A DNA stretch of 47,574 bases, taken from NCBI RefSeq assembly GCF_001194135.2, contig NC_068981.1:73451011-73498584 (forward strand), written 5' to 3'. Positions 1-12,350 of this stretch are shown one piece after another (positions within the stretch are counted from its first letter, which is position 1; each line of letters starts with the position of its first letter). A program made the position numbers and the translations under genes. The notes under the pieces were generated by a model. It did no database searches, was not told the DNA's origin, and saw only the letters and a program-made list of their open reading frames with translations. The stretch comes from Octopus bimaculoides (Eukaryota).

Positions 1-360
1 TATATAAATAATCATATACGCATACAGAATCGTGAACTCCTAAACTCTGTGATGAATGAATGTGCGGTGGTGCGATATCATAAGAAAATGAAAAGGGTTT
101 TTTTTTTTTTTTTCCGTTTTTGACGATGTTCCGAAATGCGCTTATATGTCGCGCGTCTAGTAAATTGTACACGTTCGCAAGTATGTGTACAGGTGCGCTT
201 GTTTAAATATACCTAGATGTCCGTATTGTACAAACATTTCACACCTTCCGTACGTTTTCTTCATTTTTTTTTTCCAACTTACCTTGTAATGTAGAGCGAG
301 TGGGTTTTTTTTTTTAAAGCTGTTTAAGTATGTTTCCAGCTGTGTTGAGTATTTTTGATA

Positions 361-530
361 TTGTATATGTAGATATATATATATGTATATCATATATATA
401 TATATGTTATATATATATATATATATATCCTATATATATAAATATATAAATATGTATATATTAAATTTTCTGATTGAAAGTTATATGATCGTTTTCGTAA
501 CAGTAGTACAATTGGTGTTCTTAGTGTCTG

Positions 531-563
<33 letters not shown>

Positions 564-570
564 CTTTTTT
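361..570. repeat. (TA)n-rich microsatellite followed by poly-T tract
   Basis: Directly visible; explains ORFs 383..745, 390..593 and part of 481..759. Confidence 0.95.
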
Positions 571-829
571 GGTGGTTCGTAAGAGCAAATCACACAATTC
601 TGTCGCTCCCTTCTGTTTTTCGGTAAAAAAGTACAAAGTATTTACAGCATTGACCGACTTGTGTGCTTCTATTTCGTCCGACACTACACTGCGAATGCTT
701 TCTAGAAAAAAAGCCACAACTGGCTTGCGAGATGTGAATATATAGTCTTTGGAGCTCATTAATATTCATAAGTGTAGGAATACAAATATCAGTGAAATGT
801 CTACAAACGAGAAAGCGAGATAAAGAAAA

Positions 830-1194
830 TGAGAGAGAGAGAGAGACAGAGAGAGAAAACAGACAGACAGATAGAGGGGAGAGAGAAAGTGAGGGGAAGA
901 GAAAAAAGAAAAATAAGCTTAAAACAGGAAGAAGATGAAAAGAAGCAAGCTGTTCGCATAAAACAAAACAACAAAAATGAAATGAAGAAACAAGGAAACA
1001 AACCTAATAACAACATTGTAAATTTTAATGAACATTATACACCCAATAACAACAACAACGTTAATAACGATAATTATTAGGAGTTGTAAATGGAATAAAA
1101 AAGCTATATCGCTTTTTGAATCAACTGACACATGTAAATTACTGGTACATATTGAGGATTTTTACTCGATATTTCTCTCTCACCTTCCCTCGTT

Positions 1195-1260
<66 letters not shown>

Positions 1261-1725
1261 TGCGAAATATTGGATTTATCCATTCCATTCGGTTCTGCTT
1301 TACTGCGACCCTAATCTAAGCTGGTATCGAAGCTAGTAGACCAGAAGCAAGAAGGTTACCCCGCAAACTGGGATTACTGTTGCGTGGCTCTCGCCCACCC
1401 ACTCACTATGTACTCATCCATCCATCCATCCATCCATCCATCCATCCATCCATACATCCATCCATACATCCATCCATCCATACATACATACATACATACA
1501 TACACACACACACGCACACACGCACACTCACATACATAAAAACATATGTATGTATGTTTGCACACTCACGCACGAACATAATTTTTTTGTTTTTAATTGT
1601 TACACTCTTGTTTCAGGGGTTCCTGTCTTTTAGGGAGATTTTCGTAGTTTCCTTATTAACTTTTATCCAGCAGTTCTTCCGACATATGAAAGGGCAAATC
1701 GTTAAATATAATGTAACCATACGGT

Positions 1726-1779
<54 letters not shown>

Positions 1780-2130
1780 GCGATTATATGTTGAGACGAA
1801 CACAAACACATACATACACATACACTCGCACGCACACCCACCCACACACATACACACGCGCACACTCATACACACACACACAGATACACGTACAAACATG
1901 TATCAGTTTATGGTCTTGTGTGTGAACTGCATGCGATGCGCGCGTGCGCGTGTATACGCTTTCTACTATTTCTTTTTTACAGGTAGATTATGAAGAGGAA
2001 ACAAATAGAGAGCTTTAAATAGAGCCATAACGACTACCACCGCTACCACTAGTGCAACCATCACCACCACCACCACCACCACCACCACCACCACCGCTAC
2101 TACTACAACAACTACTACTACTACTACAGT
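830..2130. repeat. Cluster of simple repeats: (GA)n/(GACA)n ~830-900, (CT)n ~1197-1254, (TCCA)n>(TACA)n>(CA)n ~1417-1520, (CA)n ~1728-1900, (CAC)n/(CTA)n ~2030-2130
   Basis: Directly visible; overlapping ORFs are low-complexity artefacts. Confidence 0.95.
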
Positions 2131-2139
2131 AATAATAAA

Positions 2140-2480
2140 CCATTCTACTAAAGGCACAAGGCCTGAAATTTTGGGGGAGAGGTGCCTAGTCGATTACATT
2201 GACCCAAGTGTTCAACTGGTACTTAATTTCATCGATCCCGAAAGGACGAAAGGCGAAGTCGACTCAGCTGAATTTGAACTCAGAACATAAAGACGGACGA
2301 AATGTTGCGAAACATTTCAACCGGAGTGCTAACGATTCAGCTGGTTTTAAATTTTGACACAAGGCCAGCAATTTCGGTGGAGAGGGTAAGTCCATTACAT
2401 CGACTCCGGTCTCCAGCTGGTACTTAAATTTTATCGACTTCGAAAGGATGAAAGGCAAAGTCAATCTCGGAGGAATATGA
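2140..2480 (-). mobile_element. Two tandem partial copies of tRNA-derived SINE family A
   Basis: Reverse complements match the family A copy at 21901-22139 (GTTCTGAGTTCAAAT B-box region, CCTTTCATCCTTTCG, GTCGATGTAATCGAC); the left copy's tail runs into the trinucleotide repeat. Confidence 0.85.
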
Positions 2481-4556
2481 ATAATAATACTTTCCCTATA
2501 TTTGCCACAAGGTTCTAGTAACTCCAACAAAGCATATTACACCGAGTTTGTAGAACGTGGTGCGTGCGCACGTTTGTGTCTGAGCGTGTATCTGTGTGTT
2601 GGTTTGTTGGTATCTATGTACACACATACGATGGTGGGGCAAAAGTGTAAAACAAATACAGATAAATTACCACACACAAAGGAACCCCCTCTTACAGGAG
2701 ACCTTTTAGTCCTTGTACTAGAGACTGGTACTACGGAAAATGACCATGAGCACTTTTGACTGTAGCCGAGCCTTGAAGTACTTGACATCCATTGGAAAGA
2801 GTACCACAAACGTTGATAAACTGCCAAAGTGGTCTTTATCAAAAATAAAAATCTGTTATCTACAGAAACCTTGAACTGGTTCTTTATCTCGCCATTAATT
2901 AGCTAATTGATTCTTCTTGCAGTTTTATAATTAAATCGAGTGGATCATTGTTCCACTTTCGGATCGCCGTAATGTCGAGGCCCTCGTCGGGTGTCATTTC
3001 CTCTTAGGGCGTTATTCTTGTTTTCGATCAGGCATAGTACATTCTATTTTTGTTCCTCTTTTTCTTTGTAGCTATATGCGATTGTTTTACACACCGCTTA
3101 AGTGTTCATCCACCTCCTTGTAGTAAAATGATAGTGTGGTGATAATGAGTGTAACCCCTGACATGCGCTTTGTTCGAGGAGGACAGCTTCTGGGTGATCT
3201 AATTCTCCGTCGTCCTTTGTGTCTCTGGTATTGAGGACGAGGCGATTTCTTTCGCCTTAACTGTCCTCAGAGTTGTAACCTGTGATACAATGACAGCGGT
3301 GCAGTCATGGTTCCTGCTCTCCCAAGCATAATATTGTTGTTGTTTCTGCTGTTATCTGCCGTCTTTCCCTAATCTACTTCTCCTTTCCTGGACAGACATT
3401 CCGCAACTGGTTCCTATTCACGCTCGTAGTTTTTCTGACCCGCATCACTAGACTCGTTGTCTTTCTATCCGCATCGGCGTAGCATGGTTTAACAGCGACA
3501 GGGCAATGGGAAGCGTGACCTTCCTACAGGCATTGCGGAAAGGCCACGCTTTTGTATTCATTATTACTACTTTTTATTTTTCGTTGAAATTATGAACACC
3601 TAAGAGCTATGCCCTTGTGACTTCACCCAGTCTATACCACTATCCTTACATAGGGTACAACTTCAGGGTAACCTCGTGGTCTTAGGTTTATCATCAGAAC
3701 CTATATGTCCATTGGGATCTCGCCTGACTATATATATCCTCATTCACAACCTAGCTGTACTATTATTCTGCAGAGATGACGAAGAACCAAGGGTCAATAT
3801 TGTACCAATATTTCAGATAGTGATTGAATTGCTTCCTGTTCTCACAATCTACTGCGGGTATGTGTGTGTGTGCCGCACTAGCTCCACTTATTTTCTCACC
3901 TCATCGTCAGTCTTAAGAACCAGGCACACACTTCCATATGCCTAATCACCGTTAACAGAACACACATCACACCACACATTGGCCAACGCTTTCTCTGATC
4001 GGTCATTTGAGGGTATATAGAAGTCGTGCTTTGTTTTTCGAGAAATAGAGCAATGTCACTTTTTTCCTCGCCCTTTTCTTGGGGAAGAAGACACTTTTGT
4101 GACATATCTCTCCAACATTGAATTTTTCCAGTGGCTAATTCATGCTCGATATTTTTTTCTGATTCACAACGCTCGCAGACAATGAAATACTGTCATTCCA
4201 TTATTTTTCAAAATTTACGTCTTCACCATCTTCAATTGTTATTTTCTTTCATTCATTAAAATATTTTGTCTAAAAAATGTCGAACTGTTTTCGAATTTAA
4301 TCTTGTGGACATATTCGCTGTTATGTAATTCGTGGTTAGCACCGCTCCCTGCTTCACGAAAGGAAGCCATATTAAAATACGAATAAACTAAGTTTTCGAA
4401 AATATAAAATGCTAAAAAAACGTCCAAGCGCAATGAGTTTTTAATCGCCTCAAAACGAAATAAAGAAAATTTCTATTAATCGAACATGGTAAATCCGATT
4501 CTTTTCCGGAGCCGTGCTATATCATCAGCAATGATCACTGTTCTCAGTTTAGGCAT

Positions 4557-4716
4557 AAGGCTAGCAATTTTGAGGGGAGGGGTGTTGGTCGATTGTTTCG
4601 ATTCCAGTGCTTGACTGATACTTTATTTCAACGACACCGGAAACAAGAATAACAAAGTCAGCTTCAGGAGGATTTGAATTCAGAACGTAAAAAGCCAGAA
4701 ATACAGAAAGAAACTC

Positions 4717-4754
<38 letters not shown>

Positions 4755-5300
4755 CTTCAAATTTTTTCACAAGGGCAGCCATTTTGGGAGAAGGAATGAG
4801 TCTATTACATCGACCCCAGTGTTTTACTAGTACTTAATTTATCGACCCCAAAAAGATGAAGAGCGAAGTCGACCTCGACGGAATTTGAACTCAGAGCGTA
4901 AGGGGTGGCGGCAGCAACGGCCAGCGTGATACCGAAGCATTTTACCCGGCATGCTAACGATTCTGCCAGCTCGCTGCCTAAATTAGTTTATCGGGCAAGA
5001 CCTAAAGGTAAAATACAAATGTAAACATCAAACAGAAACAATGGCAGATTTTCATCGAGTTTCACAGATTGAGATCATCAATGAGTAAAAAACATTAATA
5101 GATTCTTTTCTACTCTAGGAACAAGGCCTAGAAATTTTTGGGGAGGGGGCTCAGTACGCAACTGGCACTTAATTTATCGACTCCAAAAAGATGAAAGGTA
5201 AAGTCGACTTCGGCGGAGTTTGAACTTAAAACATAAAGACAGACAAAATACCGCTAAGCATTTCGCCCGGCGTGCTAACGTTTCTGCCGGTTCACCGCCT
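4557..5300 (-). mobile_element. Three same-orientation SINE A copies (~4557-4710, ~4765-4979, ~5113-5300)
   Basis: Recognisable heads (rev-comp AAGGCGGTGAACCGGCAGAAACGTTAGCACGCCGGGCGAAATGCTTAGCGGT at ~5245-5300) and bodies; (ATT)n tail at 4718-4751. Confidence 0.9.
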
Positions 5301-5827
5301 TCGAAAGACATTAATAAATTGACAGCAAAAAATAATAAGAAAAACAATAACAATGTAGCAACAAAAGGGGATTCTCCAAAATGGGCAGGTGGAAGCATGC
5401 ATAGAAAAATTCATGGAAATTCTCTACACAATCCCGGATAACACCAATGGTGAGTGTTTTCTCTATCTTAGCAATGGACAAATTGTGACCCACATGACTT
5501 TCTGAATGGCACGCCTAAAGAAAAATTACTTTGTATTTTCTTTCAGTAGTGCGGCTCGCCTGATGATAAGCCATGTCTCATGTGGCCCACTCTCCAAAAA
5601 AGGTTACTCATACCTGCTGTACTTTGGTATAGGAACTATACTAAAGTACAGTGCCATAGATAAAAGAATCTCATTTAGCCATGAGAAATTTGATACTTCC
5701 ACCCACTTCCATACAATTTATTAACCGCCAGAATTTCCATCGCTATCTTCAGTTGCGAGTGTCTCCAACATAAACATATCTATGATGCTAATTCAGAACA
5801 CGTAAAGTCAGTACCCTTCCTCTATAG

Positions 5828-6376
5828 CAGTGGTTCTCAATCGGGATCTATTTCGCCCTTGAGGTTCCCATATGAGATTTTTGGGGTCCACGTAACAAAA
5901 TAGTACATTGGGAATGCACAATAGTATTTTAAGGGCCCTTGAAAAATTTTGCTTCAGATGTATGAGTATGTTTAGCAAGAAACAACTTGGTTTCTTTCCC
6001 TAACATTTTACATAGTTCAACCAACACATGTTAATATGCGAAAAAAAAAAAAAAAAAAAGGAATCTTGAAAGAAATTTCTATCAGAATTTTGTCAGTGAA
6101 CAGGTCGCGGTCTGAAAGCGACGAAAATATTTTGACAAATTAAATTTAAATGTTGAAGTGAATCTAACGGCTTTTGTGTGTTATTTTAAATGGCTTATAA
6201 ACACCTTCCACGCTGCAATTGTTTTCGTTCCAGCACACGATCTCAGATCAGGTCACTTGCTATGCAAGTACATCTCCGTAGTTTTTAAGCATCGAATGGT
6301 TATGGGGATCAACCAGAATAAAGCAGTAATCAAAGGGGTCCATAGATAAAAAATATATATATATATAAAACCCCTG
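5828..6376. mobile_element. Non-autonomous hAT (Charlie-like) DNA transposon
   Basis: Left TIR CAGTGGTTCTCAA at 5828, degenerate right end AAAACCCCTG at 6376; 8-bp TSD CTCTATAG (5820-5827) / CTGTATAG (6377-6384); 3' subterminal ~90 bp homologous to ~11140-11231. Confidence 0.85.
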
Positions 6377-6671
6377 CTGTATAGAATTATCAGAATAAAG
6401 GACATTTGGAAATTGTCCATAATCCCCAACTTGAAAGTCTTCTAGAAAACGTTATGCAGCCTATTCTCTCCCAGGTCATTGTTACTCATGCCTTCCACTT
6501 ATCGTCTGTGGAATGCCAGTGTTGAATCTCTACAGACTGCATTGCCAGACTGGTAGAGTGCAGTGGACATCTGGTGCTTAACTCTCAACATCGGGTTGTC
6601 CTTGAGCCAGGAATGCTGCTCTGTGAAAGAAACGTGCCGCGGAATGACGTGTCACAACGAGTGGCACGCAC

Positions 6672-6851
6672 CTGTTCACCATCGTCGTCGTCGTAGGCCG
6701 TCGTTGTCGTCCAAGATTCTGTGTCTGTGATGATATTGCAGCTTAGGCGACTGCCTGCGCACCGTTCACTACAGCATCCCCAAAACACAACACCGTTTGG
6801 ATTTGTTTGTTGGCAGCAGATATATTCTCCTGGCCACTTCCATCACAACAT
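6672..6851 (-). pseudogene. Candidate 180-nt exon or pseudo-exon encoding a Cys-rich segment
   Basis: Acceptor-like TTATTAG| downstream of a T-rich tract, donor CAG|GTGCGT; GC-rich unique sequence; frame reads ML*WKWPGEYICCQQTNPNGVVFWGCCSERCAGSRLSCNIITDTESWTTTTAYDDDDGEQ. No homolog recognised. Confidence 0.3.
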
Positions 6852-7584
6852 CTAATAATGATTATATTAAACACAAAAGAAAAGACATGCAGTAATGATA
6901 ATGTATAATGAAAAAAAAAATGATATTATTTAGATGATGATGATGATGATGAATTCTAAAATAACGAGTACTTAAAAACAAGAACAACGACGAAAACAAC
7001 CAAAACAATGTTTGTCACATAATAAACCAAACACACATTTCAAACAGAAGTTATTTCTTTTATCGTATGTACTACATAAATACAACAAACGGTGTAGTGT
7101 ATGCAATTAATTACGAAATGCTGTGATTAATTCTGAAGAGTTAAACACAATATAGTGCGCCGTGCACGTATACGTGAGTGCTACGGTCCTGGCGTAGCTA
7201 CTTTTGAAATCAATTATCAGTAAGCGAGTAACATGGAAACTTAACATAACAGCTGTTAGTTTGTTCGTTGGCTGTAGGTTACTGAATGGAAATGCAAATT
7301 ATTTTTACGATAATTTTTTATTTGAAAATCGTGCTGATAGGGCAGAGTTCACTTCAAAGACCAATTTTCTATGTTTGATGTTATTTGTGATAATTTTTTC
7401 TTTCTCTCTTATTTTGTTTCAGTTTAATATATTCATTCATAGTTTATCTATATACGTACAAAAGTACGTATGTCCATTTTACACGCTTATGTTTATATGT
7501 TGCGTACACAGATACATTAGATACATTCATCTACATATAGAAATACATACTCCATCTCTCTCTCACGCACACGCAGAAGTGATA

Positions 7585-7762
7585 TTAATGTGTGTATGTA
7601 TGTGTGTGTGTGCGCGCACGCGCGTACATTTATAAAGGTGAATATGTAGAACATACGAGAAAATATGCATGCAAAACAAAACCACGCTTACACATATTTC
7701 TGCACCCACATACGCCCGCATACAAACACATACGCACGCACGCACGCACAGACACAGACACA

Positions 7763-7834
<72 letters not shown>

Positions 7835-7995
7835 TATGCACGTGTATATATATATATATATATATATATATGATATATAGTATATAATATATATGTATCT
7901 GTACATGTATGTATTTATATTTATATTTATATTTATGTATATGCATGTATATACACACATACAGCCATCTATATTCATACGTATATACATACATG

Positions 7996-8037
<42 letters not shown>

Positions 8038-8747
8038 TACATAAATACATACATACATTTGTATATATATATTTATATATATAATGATAGAAAAGTGGTG
8101 GATCAAAAGGCAGTTTATTTATTTATTTTTTCACAACAGCTGTTAATATGTCCGCCTACATACATTGAGAGAAACGCTTTTAGCCGAATGTGTGTTTATG
8201 TGCGAGTGTGTGTGTGTGTGTGTGTACATGAGTTGTCTGAATAGGAACATAGACGTCAAGGGGGATAAGTTTAGCATGTGTGTATACATGTGTGTATATG
8301 TGCGTGTTGTATCGATGCATATCTATGTCATGTGCGTCAACAGTATGTTACCTTCTGTCTGTCTGTCTGTCTGTATGTATGTATGTTTGTATGTATGTAT
8401 GTATGTCTATATGTATGTTTGTATGTATATATGTATGCATGTATGTACGTGTGTACCTTTGTATGTTTGCCTTTGTTCGTATTGATGTACTCCCTTACTC
8501 TTGTACTTGTTTCAGTGCTTACATGAAATCCTCAAGGGGATACTCTAGTACTCTCTTGAAGGGCTTAGCCGTACAAATCGACCTTTGTATATATCTCAAA
8601 GTTAAGTGCGTACTTTGTCAGCTCCTTTTGCCGAACTCCTAGGTTATGGGTACGTAAACAAAGCAACACGCATCAAGTTGGCCGGATTAGGGTGGACAAG
8701 TACATACACACATTATACATACACGCATATATTTACATACACATACA

Positions 8748-8789
<42 letters not shown>

Positions 8790-8880
8790 TATATGTGTAT
8801 GTAAATATATGTGTGTATGTAAATGTATGTTTGTCCATCTGTCTGTCTGCCTGTGTGTTTGTATCTCTCTCTCACGCAAT
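7585..8880. repeat. Compound (CA)/(TA)/(TATG)/(TCTG) microsatellite field with an embedded diverged minus-strand SINE B fragment (~8600-8690)
   Basis: Directly visible; TTTTGCCGAACTCCTAGGTTATGGGTACGTAAACA matches the family B 3' part. Confidence 0.9.
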
Positions 8881-8906
8881 ACGCACGGGCGTGTGTAATT
8901 GTGAAT

Positions 8907-9458
8907 GTGGCTGTGTGGTAAGAAGTTAGCGTACCAATTACATTGTTTCGGGTTCAAACCCTTTGCGTGGAAAATGTTGTCTGCTACAGTGTCGAGCCAA
9001 CCCAAAGCCTTGTGAAGGCCGTTGTAACATAATATAATATAATAATATAATATAATATAATATAATATAATATAATGTATCTGTTCATCCTCTAGTTCCT
9101 TATGTACTTTGTACTTCTATATGTAAACCATGTTGGCAAAATAACATAGTCTGCCATAGACACCTGTGCTTTGGTTCTTTCTTTCTTTTTCTTTTCTCCC
9201 CTTTTTTTGTGACTTTTGCTCTGAATTAAATTAATGAATTCAACGGGATACACCGTCTGCAAGTAGTTGGGTTCAGCATATTATCCTCCATTTTCTAATT
9301 GTTACACAAATTTTGGGTAAAACCTCCACTTTTACCCGCTCCCATTGATTGCACCTAGTATAGCACTAGCGTAGCAACAATTGGGTACCCTCCCAGCAGT
9401 ATACTGGATAGATACTATCCCTTAGTGGGTTGAACCCCCAACCCCTAACTCTCTCACG

Positions 9459-9526
<68 letters not shown>

Positions 9527-9790
9527 GTATGTATGTATGTATGTGTGTGTGTGCCTTTGTGTTTGTATTTGGTCCCCCCCCCCACCATCACTTGATAACC
9601 GGTGTTCATCTGTTGACGTTCCCGTTACTTCATGGTTCTGCAATAGTGACCGATAGGGTTAGAACCAGGATTAAAAAGAAAAAAAGAAAAGGAAAAGAAG
9701 CATAGGAGTCGACTTGTCCGACTAAAACCTTGAAGGCGGTGCCCCAGCATTGCCGCAGTCCAATGACCGAAATAAGTAAAAGGAAACAAT
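8907..9790 (+). mobile_element. SINE family B copy split by (AATAT)n, ~400 bp unrelated insert and (TA)/(TATG)n
   Basis: Head GGCTGTGTGGTAAGAAG at ~8909; 3' part (AAGGCGGTGCCCCAGCATTGCCGCAGTC) at ~9550-9790 matches the intact copy at 30929-31332. Confidence 0.75.
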
Positions 9791-9919
9791 AGAAGAAATA
9801 CGCTTATGTAGTATGTACAGATCTGGCTTTAATTTCCAAACTTATCACCAACAGAGAATGAGCTGGTTTCTAATCCCCCAAATTATGGATCATTCATAAA
9901 TCCAAGCCACAGTCTAGAC

Positions 9920-11231
9920 CAGTGGTTCTCAACCGGGGGTTCATTTGACCTGTGGTGGTCCTTATCAGACATTAGGGAAACCACACAAGCAAAATAGTAA
10001 ACTGGGTCGACAGTAGTGTTTTATGAATCTACTAGCAGAAATATCCAGCGTTGCCTGGATTAAAGAAAATAATGAAATTCGAAAATGCCTTTTAGATCTT
10101 TAACATGACACATGGATTATGCAGTTCTCAACAGTAATTAGCTGAGGTACAAACTATTAATGTCAATAACATATTTTGTTCAATGTTCTCACTGTTAAAA
10201 TTGTTAAAAAAAAACAGGTAGTTCTTTGTCTTTGCAATCACCTTCAATTGTCAGTTCTTATTTGAAACACATTGAACCTGAAAATGCATAAACTTGAGAA
10301 GAACCAGCCTGCAGGCACTCCTCTCCTGTTAAAAAGTACATCAACTCCATGCAAAATACATTTAAATGNNNNNNNNNNNNNNNNNNNNNNNNNNNNNNNN
10401 NNNNNNNNNNNNNNNNNNNNNNNNNNNNNNNNNNNNNNNNNNNNNNNNNNNNNNNNNNNNNNNNNNNNNNNNNNNNNNNNNNNNNNNNNNNNNNNNNNNN
10501 NNNNNNNNNNNNNNNNNNNNNNNNNNNNNNNNNNNNNNNNNNNNNNNNNNNNNNNNNNNNNNNNNNNNNNNNNNNNNNNNNNNNNNNNNNNNNNNNNNNN
10601 NNNNNNNNNNNNNNNNNNNNNNNNNNNNNNNNNNNNNNNNNNNNNNNNNNNNNNNNNNNNNNNNNNNNNNNAATTTTCGAAAAACAAACCCAGCCACATT
10701 ACTTGGAAAAAAATAATCTTTATTGTGCTGGTTTTTCGTAAAATTTCGCGCATGGGAAAGACAACAAAATCGCCCCTCCTCACTTTGAATGGGATATTCC
10801 TATCTTAAAAAGTAATAATCGATTATCTCGGTAACCATGGTAGTTGGAGGGCAATAAAAATCTCCTGAACATGAGCGGACCATGCTGCCGCACTGTGCTG
10901 AGTTTCACGCGGTTCTACTGCACCGTTCTCGAGTGAATCTGCCGACACTCAATCAATCAATCAATCAATCAAGCAATCAAGAACACTGCAATTTATAGTA
11001 TAGAGGAAAAAATTTTGCTTTCGATGTATCAATTGCAAGAAATAGCGAGGTTTCTTTCTCTGATGTTTTATATTGTTCATCCTATACGAGTGAACGTGTG
11101 GGACAAAGTAGGAATTTTGAAAGAAGTGTCTAAAAAACTAGTTTTTAAACATCGAATGCCTACAGGGGTTCACCAGAATAGAATAGTTAATCAATAGGGC
11201 CCATAGGTAATAAAATAGTTGAGAACCACTG
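9920..11231. mobile_element. hAT (Charlie-like) element, same family as 5828-6376, with larger internal region including a gap
   Basis: Perfect 13-bp TIRs CAGTGGTTCTCAA / TTGAGAACCACTG; flanks GTCTAGAC / ATCTAGAG fit the NTCTAGAN Charlie target consensus. Confidence 0.85.
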
Positions 11232-11392
11232 ATCTAGAGAATCATGTATGTACGTAACAGAACACATATGCACATTCATGCGTGCATGCATGAATATCAT
11301 TATACGTGTAGATCTGTAGGTTTTGACTAATGCGTGTGTACGTATGCGTCTGTTAATATGTCTATATATGTATACATGTAGATTATTACTTG

Positions 11393-12350
11393 CTAAACAC
11401 CTGTTCACCGCCAAGGAAATGCAAGAGTTGTCGCAGTATCAGCGCATGTCTGCGCATTATTAGTCATGGTATGCTCTGTCCTTTACGTAAGTAGATGCCG
11501 ATAGCAAATGAACCTTCCGACCAACGGGACGCGACCCCTCCATAAAAAGCGGATGAGCCAGCGTTCCATTCTGGTCAACCTTGAAGTGGGCAAGACATGA
11601 CGATTAGGCGGTAGTAAGCAACGGAAGCAATGTAGCCGTTTTACCCTCTCTCCTCCATGTCCGGACCTTCAGGAATAAATTCATGCTCCTTTCTTTAGTG
11701 CTCAACACTAATTTTCCGACACAAATTTTTCGCATTCTATTTTGTATGGGATATCCACCAAAGTCTCTAGTTTCCGCAGTAGTATCTCCAGAGTCACTAC
11801 ATATAGAAGAGATGAACCGAGTGTATGTTACTGAAAGGTTCTGATAGGTAACAATTTACTCGGATGTTCGAGCAGATGTCGCTGTACATTGCGGTAATCC
11901 AGCCTCGAAATCGGCTATTGTGAGGACAGCCTCCAGGAATTGATGACCGATCCTATGGAAGGCTTTCGATTGAGCTAAGTTTATCAGAGCCTCGCTCATG
12001 TCAGGTTTCTTACCCACCCTTTCTATGATGTATCGCATGAGGAAGAGTTTGCTGTGCACATATATGTTCGGGATGGTGGATGTATGCGTCATTGGTGACA
12101 AACGCTAACCGTTTGACTAATACATTTACCAGGATCTCGAAATCTGTGCTTGACAGAGTTATGAGCCGAGCATAATCACTTGATCCCGCTTATTTGGGTC
12201 CTTTTTCATAGTACGAGAAATTTTCCTTTTCTGTAGCCAGTTGCAGCAGGTATCCATCGCAGGTATCCATCGCAGGTATCCATCGCCAAATAAATCTATT
12301 GTGAAGTTATAAAACTTGAAGAGAAGAGCATCCAAACTGAGAGATTTGAG
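11393..12350 (-). mobile_element. Degenerate L1/Tx1-clade LINE ORF2 (RT and downstream region)
   Basis: Translated pieces: SLDALLFKFYNFTIDLFG, CNWLQ, ITLSSTDFEILVNVLVKRL, LMRYIIERVGKKPDMSEALINLAQSKAF (LDQSKAFD motif), LLYVVTLEILLRKL, RFLWRGRVPLV, MRRHALILRQL; several frameshifts and stops. Confidence 0.9.

Noticed and set aside
130-162. Helitron 3' end (GCGC...GCGC then CTAG-T)
   Set aside because: The hairpin is weak and too close to CTAG, and there is no second copy or 5' end for support.
283-702. Additional minus-strand exons (339-283 and ~702-647)
   Set aside because: Splice signals exist but the peptides are uninformative, and such signals are common by chance in AT-rich DNA.
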